Notes under the pieces: model-generated
The model's database searches: none
Told to the model about the DNA's origin: nothing
Seen by the model: the letters and a program-made list of their open reading frames with translations, nothing else
Shown here: piece after piece, positions 20,870 through 29,381 of the stretch
How positions within the stretch are numbered: position 1 is the first letter of the stretch
Layout of the letters: each line of letters opens with the position of its first letter
DNA from: an uncultured Chloroflexia bacterium
GTDB taxonomy: Bacteria > Chloroflexota > Limnocylindria > Limnocylindrales > CSP1-4
Assembly: GCA_963735865.1 (NCBI GenBank)
Contig: CAVTML010000002.1
Coordinates: forward strand, 1,491,219-1,555,218
Length of the DNA stretch: 64,000 nt
Direction: 5' to 3'
Made by a program: the position numbers and the translations under genes

Positions 20870-21365
20870 TCGATGCTCGCTCCATTCGATAACCCGGCTG
20901 GCTGCGAGAGCCCCGTGGCTTTGCGGCCCCGCCTCGCGGCGGGTGTGCTATTTCGTGGACAGCGGTGTCCAGGGCCGTGCGTCAGGGCGGCCCCGGGAGG
21001 CGGCAGTATCAGCGCTCGAGCGGCGCGATGCCATGGTCAACTCGTCCGGCGTGGCCTAGCCCCACGTGCGTGGCGGGCGACACGCCACGAGGGCCACTGT
21101 GCTGCAGAACGGTTCGGACCGTGGCGGATAGGTCGTGTGCCAGATGGGCCACCGGTCGTTCACGGACCGGTAATCCAGTCGAAAGACTCGAGGCCGAAGA
21201 TATGTATCGGCGGCCGACCCCATCTCGGCCGCCAGGGCCCAGCGCCGCCTCCCCGGCGACGGGAACCGCATAGCCAAACGGCCCGGCATGGCCGGCGAGC
21301 GCCCTCCCTCCTCCTCCGGGGCCTCGCCGGTTGCATCCGGGTCCTTTGGTCTCTGGGGCCGGCGA

Positions 21366-22799
21366 TCAGCTCCGGGGGTCCGCGCGATCCAGCCGATAGG
21401 CGCGTCTGGCCAGGCCGACGGCGAGCTCCGCGGCCATCGCGGAGGCTGCCTCTTCGTCGACGATCGCGCGTGTGACCAGCCCCGCCAGCCAGTTCGCCGT
21501 GGTTCGCCGCCACAGGTCGTGGCGAGCCGGGATCGCGCAGAAGGCACGCGCGTCGTCGTTGAAGCCGGCCAGGTTGGCCAGCCCGGCGATCTCCACGACC
21601 TCGTCCAGGTAGCGGGCGATGCCGTTCGGGCTGTCCAGGAACCACCACGGCGGGCCCAGCCGCACGGCCGGGTAGTAGCCGGCCAGCGGGGCGAGTTCGC
21701 GTGAGTATGTGGCCTCGTCGAGCGTGAACAGGATGAGGCGGAGACGCTGGTCGTTGCCGAATCGCTCCAGCAGCGGCCGGAGGTTGCGCGTGAACTCGGC
21801 GGCCACGGGGATGTCGGCGCCGAGGTCGGGTCCGAACCGCTCCAGCAGCGCGTGGTCGTGGTCGCGCAACGAGCCGACATGGAGCTGCATGACGAGCCCG
21901 TCCTCCACGCTCATGCGCGCCAGCTCGATCACCAGGTGGCCGGCGAAGCGTCGCGCGTCGTCCGCTGACGCCTCGCCGCGCAGGGCCCGCGCGAGGATGG
22001 CGTCCGCCTCGGACCGCTCGAGTCGGTCCGTGTACGCCGTCTCGACGCCGAGATCCATCGCCACCGCTCCGTGGGACCTGAAGTAGGCGCGACGGTCCTC
22101 GATGGCCGCGATCAGGTCCGACGTCGTAGTGATGTCGCGCCCGATCGACGCGGCCAGGGCCTCCACGTGCCCACGCCAGCCCGGAGCCAGCAGGTTGACG
22201 GGGCCATCGGCCCGCAGGGTCGGTCGGACGTCGCCCGGCCAGTCGGACGCGTGGATGGCCTGGTGGGCCTCGAGTGGATCGGCGGCGTCATCAGTCGTGC
22301 ACAACGTATCGATACCGAACCGCTCGAACAGGGCACGGGGTCGGAACTCGAGGGTGGCCAGCTTGGCCTCGATCTCGTCGTACACGCGCTGGGCGTTGGC
22401 GCTCCCCAGTGGCTCAGCGATGCCGAAGACATCGGCGAGCTCCATGCCCAGCCAGGCCGCCGTCGGCGTGGCGCGGAACAGGTGGTGGTGATCCGCGAAG
22501 AGCTGCCACACCCGGCGGTGGTCGGTCTCAGGGCGGGCGGACGCACCTACCGTCCCCGGCCGGGACGGGATCCCCAACGCTTCATACGCGATGCCCTGGG
22601 CGTGGAGCAGCCGCAGGACGTAGTGGTCCCGCGTGACGAACAGCTCGGCGGGCGTCCCGAACGTCGCGGCGGGATCCGCCAGAAGTCGCGGGTCGACGTG
22701 GCCGTGCGGGCTCACGATGGGGAGCGCGGCGATGGACCCGTAGATGTCCCGGGCGATCCGGCGCTGGGCAGGGTCGGTCGCGAGGTAGCGGTCGGTCAT
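21366..22799 (-). CDS. uxaC: Glucuronate isomerase
   Basis: 'IVSPHGHVDPRLL' N-terminal motif. 477 aa. Confidence 0.85.
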   Translation of the reverse strand: MTDRYLATDPAQRRIARDIYGSIAALPIVSPHGHVDPRLLADPAATFGTPAELFVTRDHYVLRLLHAQGIAYEALGIPSRPGTVGASARPETDHRRVWQLFADHHHLFRATPTAAWLGMELADVFGIAEPLGSANAQRVYDEIEAKLATLEFRPRALFERFGIDTLCTTDDAADPLEAHQAIHASDWPGDVRPTLRADGPVNLLAPGWRGHVEALAASIGRDITTTSDLIAAIEDRRAYFRSHGAVAMDLGVETAYTDRLERSEADAILARALRGEASADDARRFAGHLVIELARMSVEDGLVMQLHVGSLRDHDHALLERFGPDLGADIPVAAEFTRNLRPLLERFGNDQRLRLILFTLDEATYSRELAPLAGYYPAVRLGPPWWFLDSPNGIARYLDEVVEIAGLANLAGFNDDARAFCAIPARHDLWRRTTANWLAGLVTRAIVDEEAASAMAAELAVGLARRAYRLDRADPRS

Positions 22800-22822
22800 T
22801 GCTGGTGACCGACCGTCAGGCA

Positions 22823-23110
22823 CTAACCGGCGGCGGGGGCCACGGCTGCCGGCGCATGGCGATGGCGGAGCCGGCGGACCAGCGCGGTCACGACCAGGCT
22901 CATGGCGATGCTCATGACGAGCGGCGCCATGGTCATCTGCTGGCGAGAGCGGCCGTGGCGCATCGCCTCGACGTCCAGGAACACGCTCTTGCACACCGGG
23001 CAGCGGTAGGCGCCACCCCGGCCACTCCGTCCCATGGCGGCCATCGCGGTCCCGTCCTTGGGACACGTCATCGCGCTCGGCGACTCCGCCGTCGGCGTCT
23101 CTGTGGTCAT
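22823..23110 (-). CDS. Small zinc-ribbon protein with a C-terminal TM
   Basis: 'CPKDG...CPVC' pair of Cys motifs followed by a hydrophobic segment. Confidence 0.5.
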   Translation of the reverse strand: MTTETPTAESPSAMTCPKDGTAMAAMGRSGRGGAYRCPVCKSVFLDVEAMRHGRSRQQMTMAPLVMSIAMSLVVTALVRRLRHRHAPAAVAPAAG

Positions 23111-23187
23111 CGCTCCACCCCTTCTAGCGCTCGTCAGCCCAACGCGTCCATCTTCTCACCGTCCGGCCGATATGACGCGCAGGTAGG

Positions 23188-23670
23188 ATGGCGCACGTGT
23201 CGGATCAGGAGCTGCTCTTCGGGATCGTCCAGGTCGCCGTCGTGGTCGCCGGTTTCACGGCCGTGACCGCCGCGCTGACCCCGCCGGGCGGGTCGTGGAG
23301 TCCGGACCTGCGGATCCGCCAGCGAGCGATCGTCTCGACGAGCTTCAACGTGGTCTTCGAGGGCCTGTTGGCCGTGGTCGCCCTGGCGTGGTTCACCGAT
23401 CCGCACACAGCGCTGGTCATCTCGAGCGCCGTCGTCGCTGTCTACACGACGTGGGTGGTCGGGACTCGCGCCAGGCAGTTCCTCAAGACGAATGCCTTCC
23501 GCACGCGAAGTGGCCAGCTCCTCTTCGTCCTGGGGCCGCTCGCCTGCCTGCTGTTCGCGGCCAACGCGATCGTCTTCGCGTCCGTGGCCGTGTACGCGGC
23601 CGCGCTGTGTATCCAGCTGTCCGTGGCAGTGCTCAGCTTCTACTCGGTGGTGGCAGCAGCCTCGAGCTGA
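23188..23670 (+). CDS. Hypothetical integral membrane protein
   Basis: 160 aa with four predicted TM helices. Confidence 0.55.
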   Translation: MAHVSDQELLFGIVQVAVVVAGFTAVTAALTPPGGSWSPDLRIRQRAIVSTSFNVVFEGLLAVVALAWFTDPHTALVISSAVVAVYTTWVVGTRARQFLKTNAFRTRSGQLLFVLGPLACLLFAANAIVFASVAVYAAALCIQLSVAVLSFYSVVAAASS

Positions 23671-23751
23671 CCACCGGCGTCGGCACCGGTAGGTCAGTTG
23701 CACGGGCCGAACGCCTCTTGCACGCTGGCGCGGCGAGTCCACCATGTCCCC

Positions 23752-24261
23752 ATGTCACGCATGGCGTGGCTTTGGGCGTTGGTGGCCGTGGCCCTGACGC
23801 TCGGCCTCGGCGCTGTCGCCTGGTCGATCGGTCAGGCGCGCCCGGCGCCGCCGCCGAGTGAAGCGCAAGCCCTCGCGGCACTCGATCAGGCGGTCGCTCT
23901 GGCGAGAACGGGCGGCTTCACCGCTCTGTGTGCCATGGGCGGCCTCGACTGCCAGACGATCCTCGACGAGGCGGGCCGCGATGCCGTGCCCGACGCGGCA
24001 CCTGCCGTCTATGCCACGCGGGCCGTCGAGCCGTCAATGCTGCCGGGGGGCGACTGGGACCTGGGTGGCCGGATCCTTGCGGTTTGCGGGACCGACGGCC
24101 GGGGCCGGCCGTATCGGGGCGAGGTCGTCGTCTTCCAGGATGGTTCGGCGCTCCGGATGATCGAGCCGATCTACTGGGCGGGCATCTCCATCGGGTCCGC
24201 GGCCTCGCCGGTCACCCCCGCAAGCCCACTGCCACAGGGCGGTTGCCCTGCTGGCTACTGA
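23752..24261 (+). CDS. Hypothetical secreted/membrane-anchored protein
   Basis: 'MSRMAWLWALVAVALTLGLGAVAW' signal anchor. Confidence 0.5.
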   Translation: MSRMAWLWALVAVALTLGLGAVAWSIGQARPAPPPSEAQALAALDQAVALARTGGFTALCAMGGLDCQTILDEAGRDAVPDAAPAVYATRAVEPSMLPGGDWDLGGRILAVCGTDGRGRPYRGEVVVFQDGSALRMIEPIYWAGISIGSAASPVTPASPLPQGGCPAGY

Positions 24262-24278
24262 GGCCTGAAGGCTCTCAG

Positions 24279-24614
24279 ATGCGAACCGGGACCGTCATCC
24301 TGGTGGCGCTGGCGGCCGTCCTCTTGGTGGCCGTGGCCGTCGTGATCGGCCGGTCGCCGCCCTCCCCGCCACGGATCGACGAGGCCGCGGCGGAACGGAT
24401 CGCCACCGACCTGGTGGCTCGGTGGGAGGCGTCTGACTCCGACGCGCAGATAATCGACGTGGTCGTCGAGCGCTACGAAGATCGCGACACGTTCTGGCGC
24501 GTGGCAGTCCGCGCGGATCTCCTCGTCGGTCTGGACAAGACAGCCATCGCGTACTACTACCAGATCGACGTCGACAAGCACACAGCCGCTCCGAGCCTCA
24601 GCGGCCAAGGCTGA
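24279..24614 (+). CDS. Hypothetical small membrane-anchored protein
   Basis: ATG at 24279. N-terminal TM then a charged soluble domain. Confidence 0.5.
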   Translation: MRTGTVILVALAAVLLVAVAVVIGRSPPSPPRIDEAAAERIATDLVARWEASDSDAQIIDVVVERYEDRDTFWRVAVRADLLVGLDKTAIAYYYQIDVDKHTAAPSLSGQG

Positions 24615-24695
24615 CGCACAGGAGCGCTTGTCCCGGAGGCGCATACTCCGTCCAAGGGGTTCGGCCATGGGTTTCGGCATCAATCAGTCGATCAC

Positions 24696-24717
24696 GGGCC
24701 CCGCGATCGCGGGGCCC
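24696..24717. repeat. Perfect 22-nt palindrome GGGCCCCGCGATCGCGGGGCCC in the spacer between a small-protein gene and tRNA-Arg
   Basis: The sequence is its own exact reverse complement. Confidence 0.6.
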
Positions 24718-24988
24718 TCGCACCTGGTGACGCGGAAACTGCCGGTCGCAGGGAGGCGACCGCTGAGCAGGCGGGGCTCGACGAGCAAGAGCTGCGCGAC
24801 CTGGAGCACGCCGAGTACTACGACGAGCCGACCGCGCCGTCGGGTCCCACTGCGCCGGCGGTGCCGGGTGGGCGAGGCGTGCGCAGGTCGGTACTCCGGC
24901 TGACGCGCGGGCTCCTCCGTCGGGGCTGAGCCGGAGGGCAGCCGAAGCCAACCTTGAGCGCTCGTCCCCTGGGCTTTAGCCACGGCGC

Positions 24989-25064
24989 TGGAGCCCCCGG
25001 GCGGACTCGAACCGCCGACGCGCACCTTAGGACGGTGCCGCTCTGTCCACTGAGCTACGGGGGC
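24989..25064 (-). tRNA. tRNA-Arg (anticodon CCT)
   Basis: Manually folded: 7-bp acceptor GCCCCCG/CGGGGGC, D-stem GCTC/GAGC, anticodon stem GCACC/GGTGC with loop GTCCTAA, T-arm GGCGG-TTCGAGT-CCGCC, discriminator T, encoded CCA. Confidence 0.9.
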
Positions 25065-25103
25065 TCGGGGCCATCGTACCCGCCCGCCTACAATCTGGGC
25101 CGC

Positions 25104-25400
25104 ATGTCCCCCGCCTCTTCGATCCCCGTCCCGACCGTGGCGTTCTACACGCGCCCGGGCTGCCACCTGTGCCATGACGCGCGCCTGACGCTGCAGCGGA
25201 TCCTCGAGGAGCGCGCGGCCCACGGCCGCCGGGCGTGCCGCGTGGAGGAGCGCAACCTCCTCGACGATCCGACGTGGGAACGGCGCTACATGGACACGAT
25301 CCCGGTCCTGGCGGTGGACGACGACGAGCTGCCGCTCGCCCTGAGCGGCGCAGCGATGCGGGCCTTCCTGGCGCGCACGGTGGACGCCCCTCTCGCGTGA
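25104..25400 (+). CDS. Glutaredoxin-like small thiol-disulfide protein
   Basis: 98 aa with 'YTRPGCHLCHDAR' CxxC motif. Confidence 0.7.
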   Translation: MSPASSIPVPTVAFYTRPGCHLCHDARLTLQRILEERAAHGRRACRVEERNLLDDPTWERRYMDTIPVLAVDDDELPLALSGAAMRAFLARTVDAPLA

Positions 25401-25422
25401 GCCGCCGGCGGCACCAGACCTC

Positions 25423-26232
25423 ATGCAGCTGACGCTGGCGGCGGCGTTCATCGCCGGGCTGATCAGCTTCGTCTCGCCGTGCGTCCTGCCGGTCGTGCCG
25501 GCGTACCTGGGCCAGCTCGGCATCGTCGCTGCGACCCCGGCCGCACGCTGGCGGGCCCTCCCCCATGCCGTCGCCTTCGTGCTGGGCTTCGGGGCGGTCT
25601 TCGTCCTGCTGGGCCTGACGGTCTATGTCGGTGGCTCGGTCCTGGGTCTCACACTGTCGAACGACTGGCTCACCGTCCTGCGCCGCCTGGGCGGCTTCGT
25701 CCTCATCGTGCTCGGGCTGAACCTGGCGGGCATCCTCCGCTTCGATTACCTGCAGCGCACCTGGCGGCCCCTGGACGCGGTCCTGTTCCGGCGAGCCGCG
25801 ACCACCGCACTGGCGATGGGCTCGGCAGGCGGTTCGGATGGGGGCGGGTCAGCGACCGCGCTCGTCGCACCGGCCGGCATCGGCCTGGGTCGATCGCCGC
25901 TTGGAGCGTTCGGGCTGGGGGCGATCTTCTCGCTGGGCTGGACCCCCTGCATCGGGCCGACCCTAGGCGCGATCCTGGGGCTGTCGGCGGCCGGGCCGAG
26001 CGTGCAGGTCGTGGCCCTGTTCGCGGCCTACTCGGTCGGTCTCGCCGTGCCGTTCCTGGCCATGGCCCTGGCCCTCGAGCGCAGCCGCGTCGTGACCGCT
26101 CCCCTCCTCCGCCACGGTCGAGTGGTCGACCTCGTCGGCGGGCTCCTCGTGGCCGGCATCGGCCTGGCCATCCTCTTCGATTGGCTGAGCGTGCTGGCCA
26201 GCACCTTCAGCTTCCTGACGCCCAGCATTTGA
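25423..26232 (+). CDS. ccdA: Cytochrome c-type biogenesis protein CcdA (DsbD-like thiol-disulfide transporter)
   Basis: 'FIAGLISFVSPCVLPVVPAYL' and a second 'GWTPCIGPTLGAIL' Cys motif. Confidence 0.85.
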   Translation: MQLTLAAAFIAGLISFVSPCVLPVVPAYLGQLGIVAATPAARWRALPHAVAFVLGFGAVFVLLGLTVYVGGSVLGLTLSNDWLTVLRRLGGFVLIVLGLNLAGILRFDYLQRTWRPLDAVLFRRAATTALAMGSAGGSDGGGSATALVAPAGIGLGRSPLGAFGLGAIFSLGWTPCIGPTLGAILGLSAAGPSVQVVALFAAYSVGLAVPFLAMALALERSRVVTAPLLRHGRVVDLVGGLLVAGIGLAILFDWLSVLASTFSFLTPSI

Positions 26233-26246
26233 CGCGTCCGAGCGGC

Positions 26247-27086
26247 GTGCCGTCGAAGACCGGCCTGATCGGGCCGTTCACGGGTCGCCAGATCGCCATC
26301 ACGCTCGTCGTTGTGGCCATCGTGGCGGTCGGCCTCGTGATCGTCAGCAGCCCCGTCACGCCCACGCCGACGCCCTTGCCCTCGGTCGGCAACGGCTTCG
26401 TGACCGTCGGGCCGGCGACGACCGACCTCCAGGTGGGCCAGCGTGCCCCCGAGCTGAGCGGCCTCGTCCCGACCGACGCGCCAAGCCGGACCGTGCCGCT
26501 CGCCCTCCTGGCCGGCGGAGCACTGGCCGCGCTCCTTGGCCTGGGCCTCGTGAGGCGAACACGGGTCGCGCTGATCGCTGTCGTGGCAGGGCTGGTGGTG
26601 GCCCTCGTGGGTGTGCCGCTGCTTCTGGCCCCCGGCCCAGCACCCCGGACGGCCGGCCTGGTCGACCTCCAGGGGAACCCCATCACCCTGGCCCAGTTCG
26701 CGGGCCATCCCATCTGGATCGACTTCTTCGCCACCTGGTGCCCGCCGTGCCAGCAGGAGACGCCGACGCTGGAGGCCGTCTACCGCGAGCACCAGGCGGA
26801 AGGCCTCGTCCTCCTCGCCATCAGCGTGCAGGAGACGTCGGCTGCCGACGTCCAGGCCTACGCGACGCAGTACGGCCTGACGTATCCGATCGGCTTCGAC
26901 GCGACCTCTGCCGTCTTCAAGGCCTACCAGGCCTTTGGGCTGCCGACGCAGGTCTTCATCGACCGCCAGGGCCTGGTCCGCTCCGTCGTGCGCGGGCCGC
27001 TCGACCAGACGAGCGCCGAGCAGCAGCTGGCCACGATCCTCAGCGGGAGCGGAGCGGCTACACGCTCCGCGTCATCGGGCCCCTGA
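26247..27086 (+). CDS. TlpA/ResA-like thiol-disulfide oxidoreductase (thioredoxin fold) with an unusual ~55-aa hydrophobic insertion
   Basis: 'IWIDFFATWCPPCQQE' motif. N-terminal TM. The start could be TTG 26229. Confidence 0.8.
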   Translation: MPSKTGLIGPFTGRQIAITLVVVAIVAVGLVIVSSPVTPTPTPLPSVGNGFVTVGPATTDLQVGQRAPELSGLVPTDAPSRTVPLALLAGGALAALLGLGLVRRTRVALIAVVAGLVVALVGVPLLLAPGPAPRTAGLVDLQGNPITLAQFAGHPIWIDFFATWCPPCQQETPTLEAVYREHQAEGLVLLAISVQETSAADVQAYATQYGLTYPIGFDATSAVFKAYQAFGLPTQVFIDRQGLVRSVVRGPLDQTSAEQQLATILSGSGAATRSASSGP

Positions 27087-27142
27087 CATCACCCCCACCG
27101 TGCCCGGCAGCGCGCCAGGATGTGCATAAGAGGTTGCCAAGG

Positions 27143-27244
27143 ATGACGGAACGCCTGATGGAGCACCGCATCGACCACTTCCGTGGTCGATCCGTGCGCA
27201 AGAGGTTCAGGACGGCCAAGATCAGGCCGCTCCGCCGTCGTTAG
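27143..27244 (+). CDS. Candidate 33-aa Arg-rich small ORF
   Basis: ATG preceded by AAGAGG 14 nt upstream. Sits in a local low-GC patch between convergent genes. Confidence 0.2.
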   Translation: MTERLMEHRIDHFRGRSVRKRFRTAKIRPLRRR

Positions 27245-27312
27245 CAACCTTTGATGTTCATGCGGCGGAGTCGGGGCCGCACCATCGTGCCGAACGCCAA
27301 CCCAAGTGAGGC

Positions 27313-28173
27313 TCAGACCAGCGCCTCGAAGGTGATGCGGGCGCCGTCGCGGCGGAAACGGCCGATCGGGCGGCGCGGCTCGTGCGAGAGGACGACGGTC
27401 CAGTCCTCGTCGGCTGCCTGGCGGAAGAGCGTGGCCTTGACCTCGACGCTCGTGAGCGGGAAGTCGTCGAACGCGGTGACCCAGCGCGGGTTAGTGCTCC
27501 ACGGCCGCATGCACAGGTCGCCGAAGAACGCGACCGTGCCCGACGGACCCCGCACGACGACCGCCTGGTGGCCGCCCGAGTGGCCACCGGTGCGGATGAC
27601 CTGGACGCCGGGCAGCACCTCCCCCGTGCCGTCCGCCGCGTCCGCCAGGCCGGCCGGTTCCACCAGCCGCAGCTCGTCCTGCTCGTACGAGGCCTGGAGC
27701 CGCAGGTTGGAGCCCATGGCGAACTCCCACTCCAGCCGCTGCGCCACGAGCCTCGCCCGCGGGAAGGCGGCCGCCCCGGACGCGTCGAGGAGCCCGCCCG
27801 AGTGGTCCCAATGGAGGTGGCTGAGGGCCACCACGTCGACGGAACCGGCGTCAAAGCCGGCTGCTGCCATCGCGGGCACGATCCACGGCCCGGCCACGCC
27901 GCGCTGCGCCCGCGTGCGGTCGTCCAGGCGGTCGCCGACGCCCGTCTCCACCAGGACCCGGCCTGCCGGCGTCTCGATCAGCAGGCAGTTGAGCGCCTGG
28001 GTCAGGGTGCTGTCGGGGTTGAGTTCGTCGGCCACCAGCCGCTCCCACAGGACGCGCGGCACGGGACCCAGCAGCGTGCCGGCGTCCGAGGTGAACGTGC
28101 CGGCCTGGATCAGGGCGACGCGCGTGCCACCGCCCAGTTCGGCGCGCCAGTCGACGTGGTCGTTGAGGCCCAT
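27313..28173 (-). CDS. MBL-fold metallo-hydrolase
   Basis: 'ALSHLHWDHSGG' metal-binding motif. An alternative upstream start at 28260 is possible. Confidence 0.8.
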   Translation of the reverse strand: MGLNDHVDWRAELGGGTRVALIQAGTFTSDAGTLLGPVPRVLWERLVADELNPDSTLTQALNCLLIETPAGRVLVETGVGDRLDDRTRAQRGVAGPWIVPAMAAAGFDAGSVDVVALSHLHWDHSGGLLDASGAAAFPRARLVAQRLEWEFAMGSNLRLQASYEQDELRLVEPAGLADAADGTGEVLPGVQVIRTGGHSGGHQAVVVRGPSGTVAFFGDLCMRPWSTNPRWVTAFDDFPLTSVEVKATLFRQAADEDWTVVLSHEPRRPIGRFRRDGARITFEALV

Positions 28174-28198
28174 CCGGGTGCGGTCGAAGGCCGGTCGG

Positions 28199-28813
28199 TC
28201 AGCCGCCGGCGGGTCGTCGCGGCCCGCCCTTGACCGACCGGCGATCGCGCTCGAAGTCACGGTAGAAAGCCGATTCGGTGGGCGACGACTGGCCCTGGTA
28301 CTTCGAGCCCAGCTCCTTGGATCCGTAGGGCCGCTCGACCGGGCTGCTCATGCGGAAGAAGCTGATCTGGCCGATCTTCATGCCCCGGTACAGGGCGATC
28401 GGCAGGTTGGCCACGTTCGACAGCTCCAGGGTCAGGTTGCCCTTCCAGCCGGGATCGACGTAGCCGGCCGTGGAGTGGATGAGGAGGCCCAGGCGTCCCA
28501 GGCTGGACTTGCCCTCCAGGCGCGCCACCAGGTCGTCGGGCAGCTCGACCCATTCCAGCGTCTGGCCCAGGACGAACTCGCCGGGATGGAGGATGAACGG
28601 CTCGTCGGCGTCGATGGTCACCAGCTCGGTCAGATCGGGCTGCGCCTGGCGCACGTCGATGTAGGGATAGCGGTTGTTGCGGAAGACGCGGAAGGCGCCA
28701 TCGAGGTGGAGGTCCACCGACGAGGGCTGGAGGCACGTCGGATCGTACGGATCGACCCGGATGCGACCGGCCTGGAGGGCGGCGCGGATGTCGCGATCGG
28801 AGAGGACGGACAC
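28199..28813 (-). CDS. dcd: dCTP deaminase
   Basis: GTG start gives '[13 protein letters not shown]'. '[10 protein letters not shown]' and '[12 protein letters not shown]' motifs. Confidence 0.85.
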   Translation of the reverse strand: MSVLSDRDIRAALQAGRIRVDPYDPTCLQPSSVDLHLDGAFRVFRNNRYPYIDVRQAQPDLTELVTIDADEPFILHPGEFVLGQTLEWVELPDDLVARLEGKSSLGRLGLLIHSTAGYVDPGWKGNLTLELSNVANLPIALYRGMKIGQISFFRMSSPVERPYGSKELGSKYQGQSSPTESAFYRDFERDRRSVKGGPRRPAGG

Positions 28814-28814
28814 G

Positions 28815-29321
28815 TCAGCCGGCCTTGCGTGGCACGGCGACCACGTCGGGGCTGCGGCCGGGCGACGTCCGGTCGGCCAGCAGGGCGTCCACCTCGCGCT
28901 TGAGCTGCTCGATGTCCTCGAAGCTCTGGTAGACGCTGGCGAACCGGATGTAGGCGATCTGGTCCAGCTGGCGCAGGCGATCCATGGCCAGCTCGCCGAT
29001 GCGGCGGGAGGGGACGTCGGTGACGCCCTCGGCCCGCAGGATGGCCTCGATCGCATCGGCCGCGTCCACCGCCGCACTCTCGGGCACCGGACGTCGGGTC
29101 AGGGCCCGGGCCAGGCCGTCGGCCAGCTTGTCGCGGTCGAACTCCTCGCGCCGGCCGTCGCGCTTGACGACCACCAGGCGCGCGGCGGCGACCTGCTCGA
29201 CGGTGGTGAAACGGGTCCCGCAGGCCACGCATTCGCGGCGGCGGCGGATCAGCGCACCCTCATCCTGGTCGCGCGAGTCGATCACCCGCGTGTCCTGCTC
29301 GCCGCAGGCCGGGCAGCGCAC
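28815..29321 (-). CDS. nrdR: Transcriptional repressor NrdR
   Basis: 'RCPACG...DSRD...[15 protein letters not shown]' zinc ribbon plus an ATP-cone. GTG starts at 29321 or 29339. Confidence 0.85.
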   Translation of the reverse strand: MRCPACGEQDTRVIDSRDQDEGALIRRRRECVACGTRFTTVEQVAAARLVVVKRDGRREEFDRDKLADGLARALTRRPVPESAAVDAADAIEAILRAEGVTDVPSRRIGELAMDRLRQLDQIAYIRFASVYQSFEDIEQLKREVDALLADRTSPGRSPDVVAVPRKAG

Positions 29322-29346
29322 GGTCCGATGGCCCTCCACTTCACGA

Positions 29347-29362
29347 CCACTACCCCTAGTGG
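29347..29362. promoter_or_regulatory. 16-bp palindrome CCACTACCCCTAGTGG resembling an NrdR box, with a degenerate second half-site about 32 bp away (29379-29394)
   Basis: Seen directly, 26-42 nt upstream of the nrdR GTG. The outer CACTA/TAGTG arms match the NrdR-box pattern and the centre is GC-rich. Confidence 0.4.
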
Positions 29363-29381
29363 TGCGGCCCCAAGGCTACCA

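Noticed and set aside
20965-21273. 102-aa ORF in the long intergenic region
   Set aside because: No RBS, an Arg/Pro-rich composition, and it spans the lower-GC hairpin segment. It is more likely non-coding.
24615-24929. Protein-like open frame (…EQAGLDEQELRDLEHAEYYDEPT…) between the small-protein gene and tRNA-Arg
   Set aside because: The frame contains no ATG, GTG or TTG start before its stop, and overlaps the better-supported palindrome. It is probably chance openness in GC-rich DNA.
29340-29363. The palindrome upstream of nrdR as a rho-independent terminator for the Kelch gene
   Set aside because: The stem is only 6 bp with a C4 loop and no U-tract. Its exact 16-bp length and CACTA/TAGTG arms fit an operator better, so it was kept as a putative NrdR box instead.
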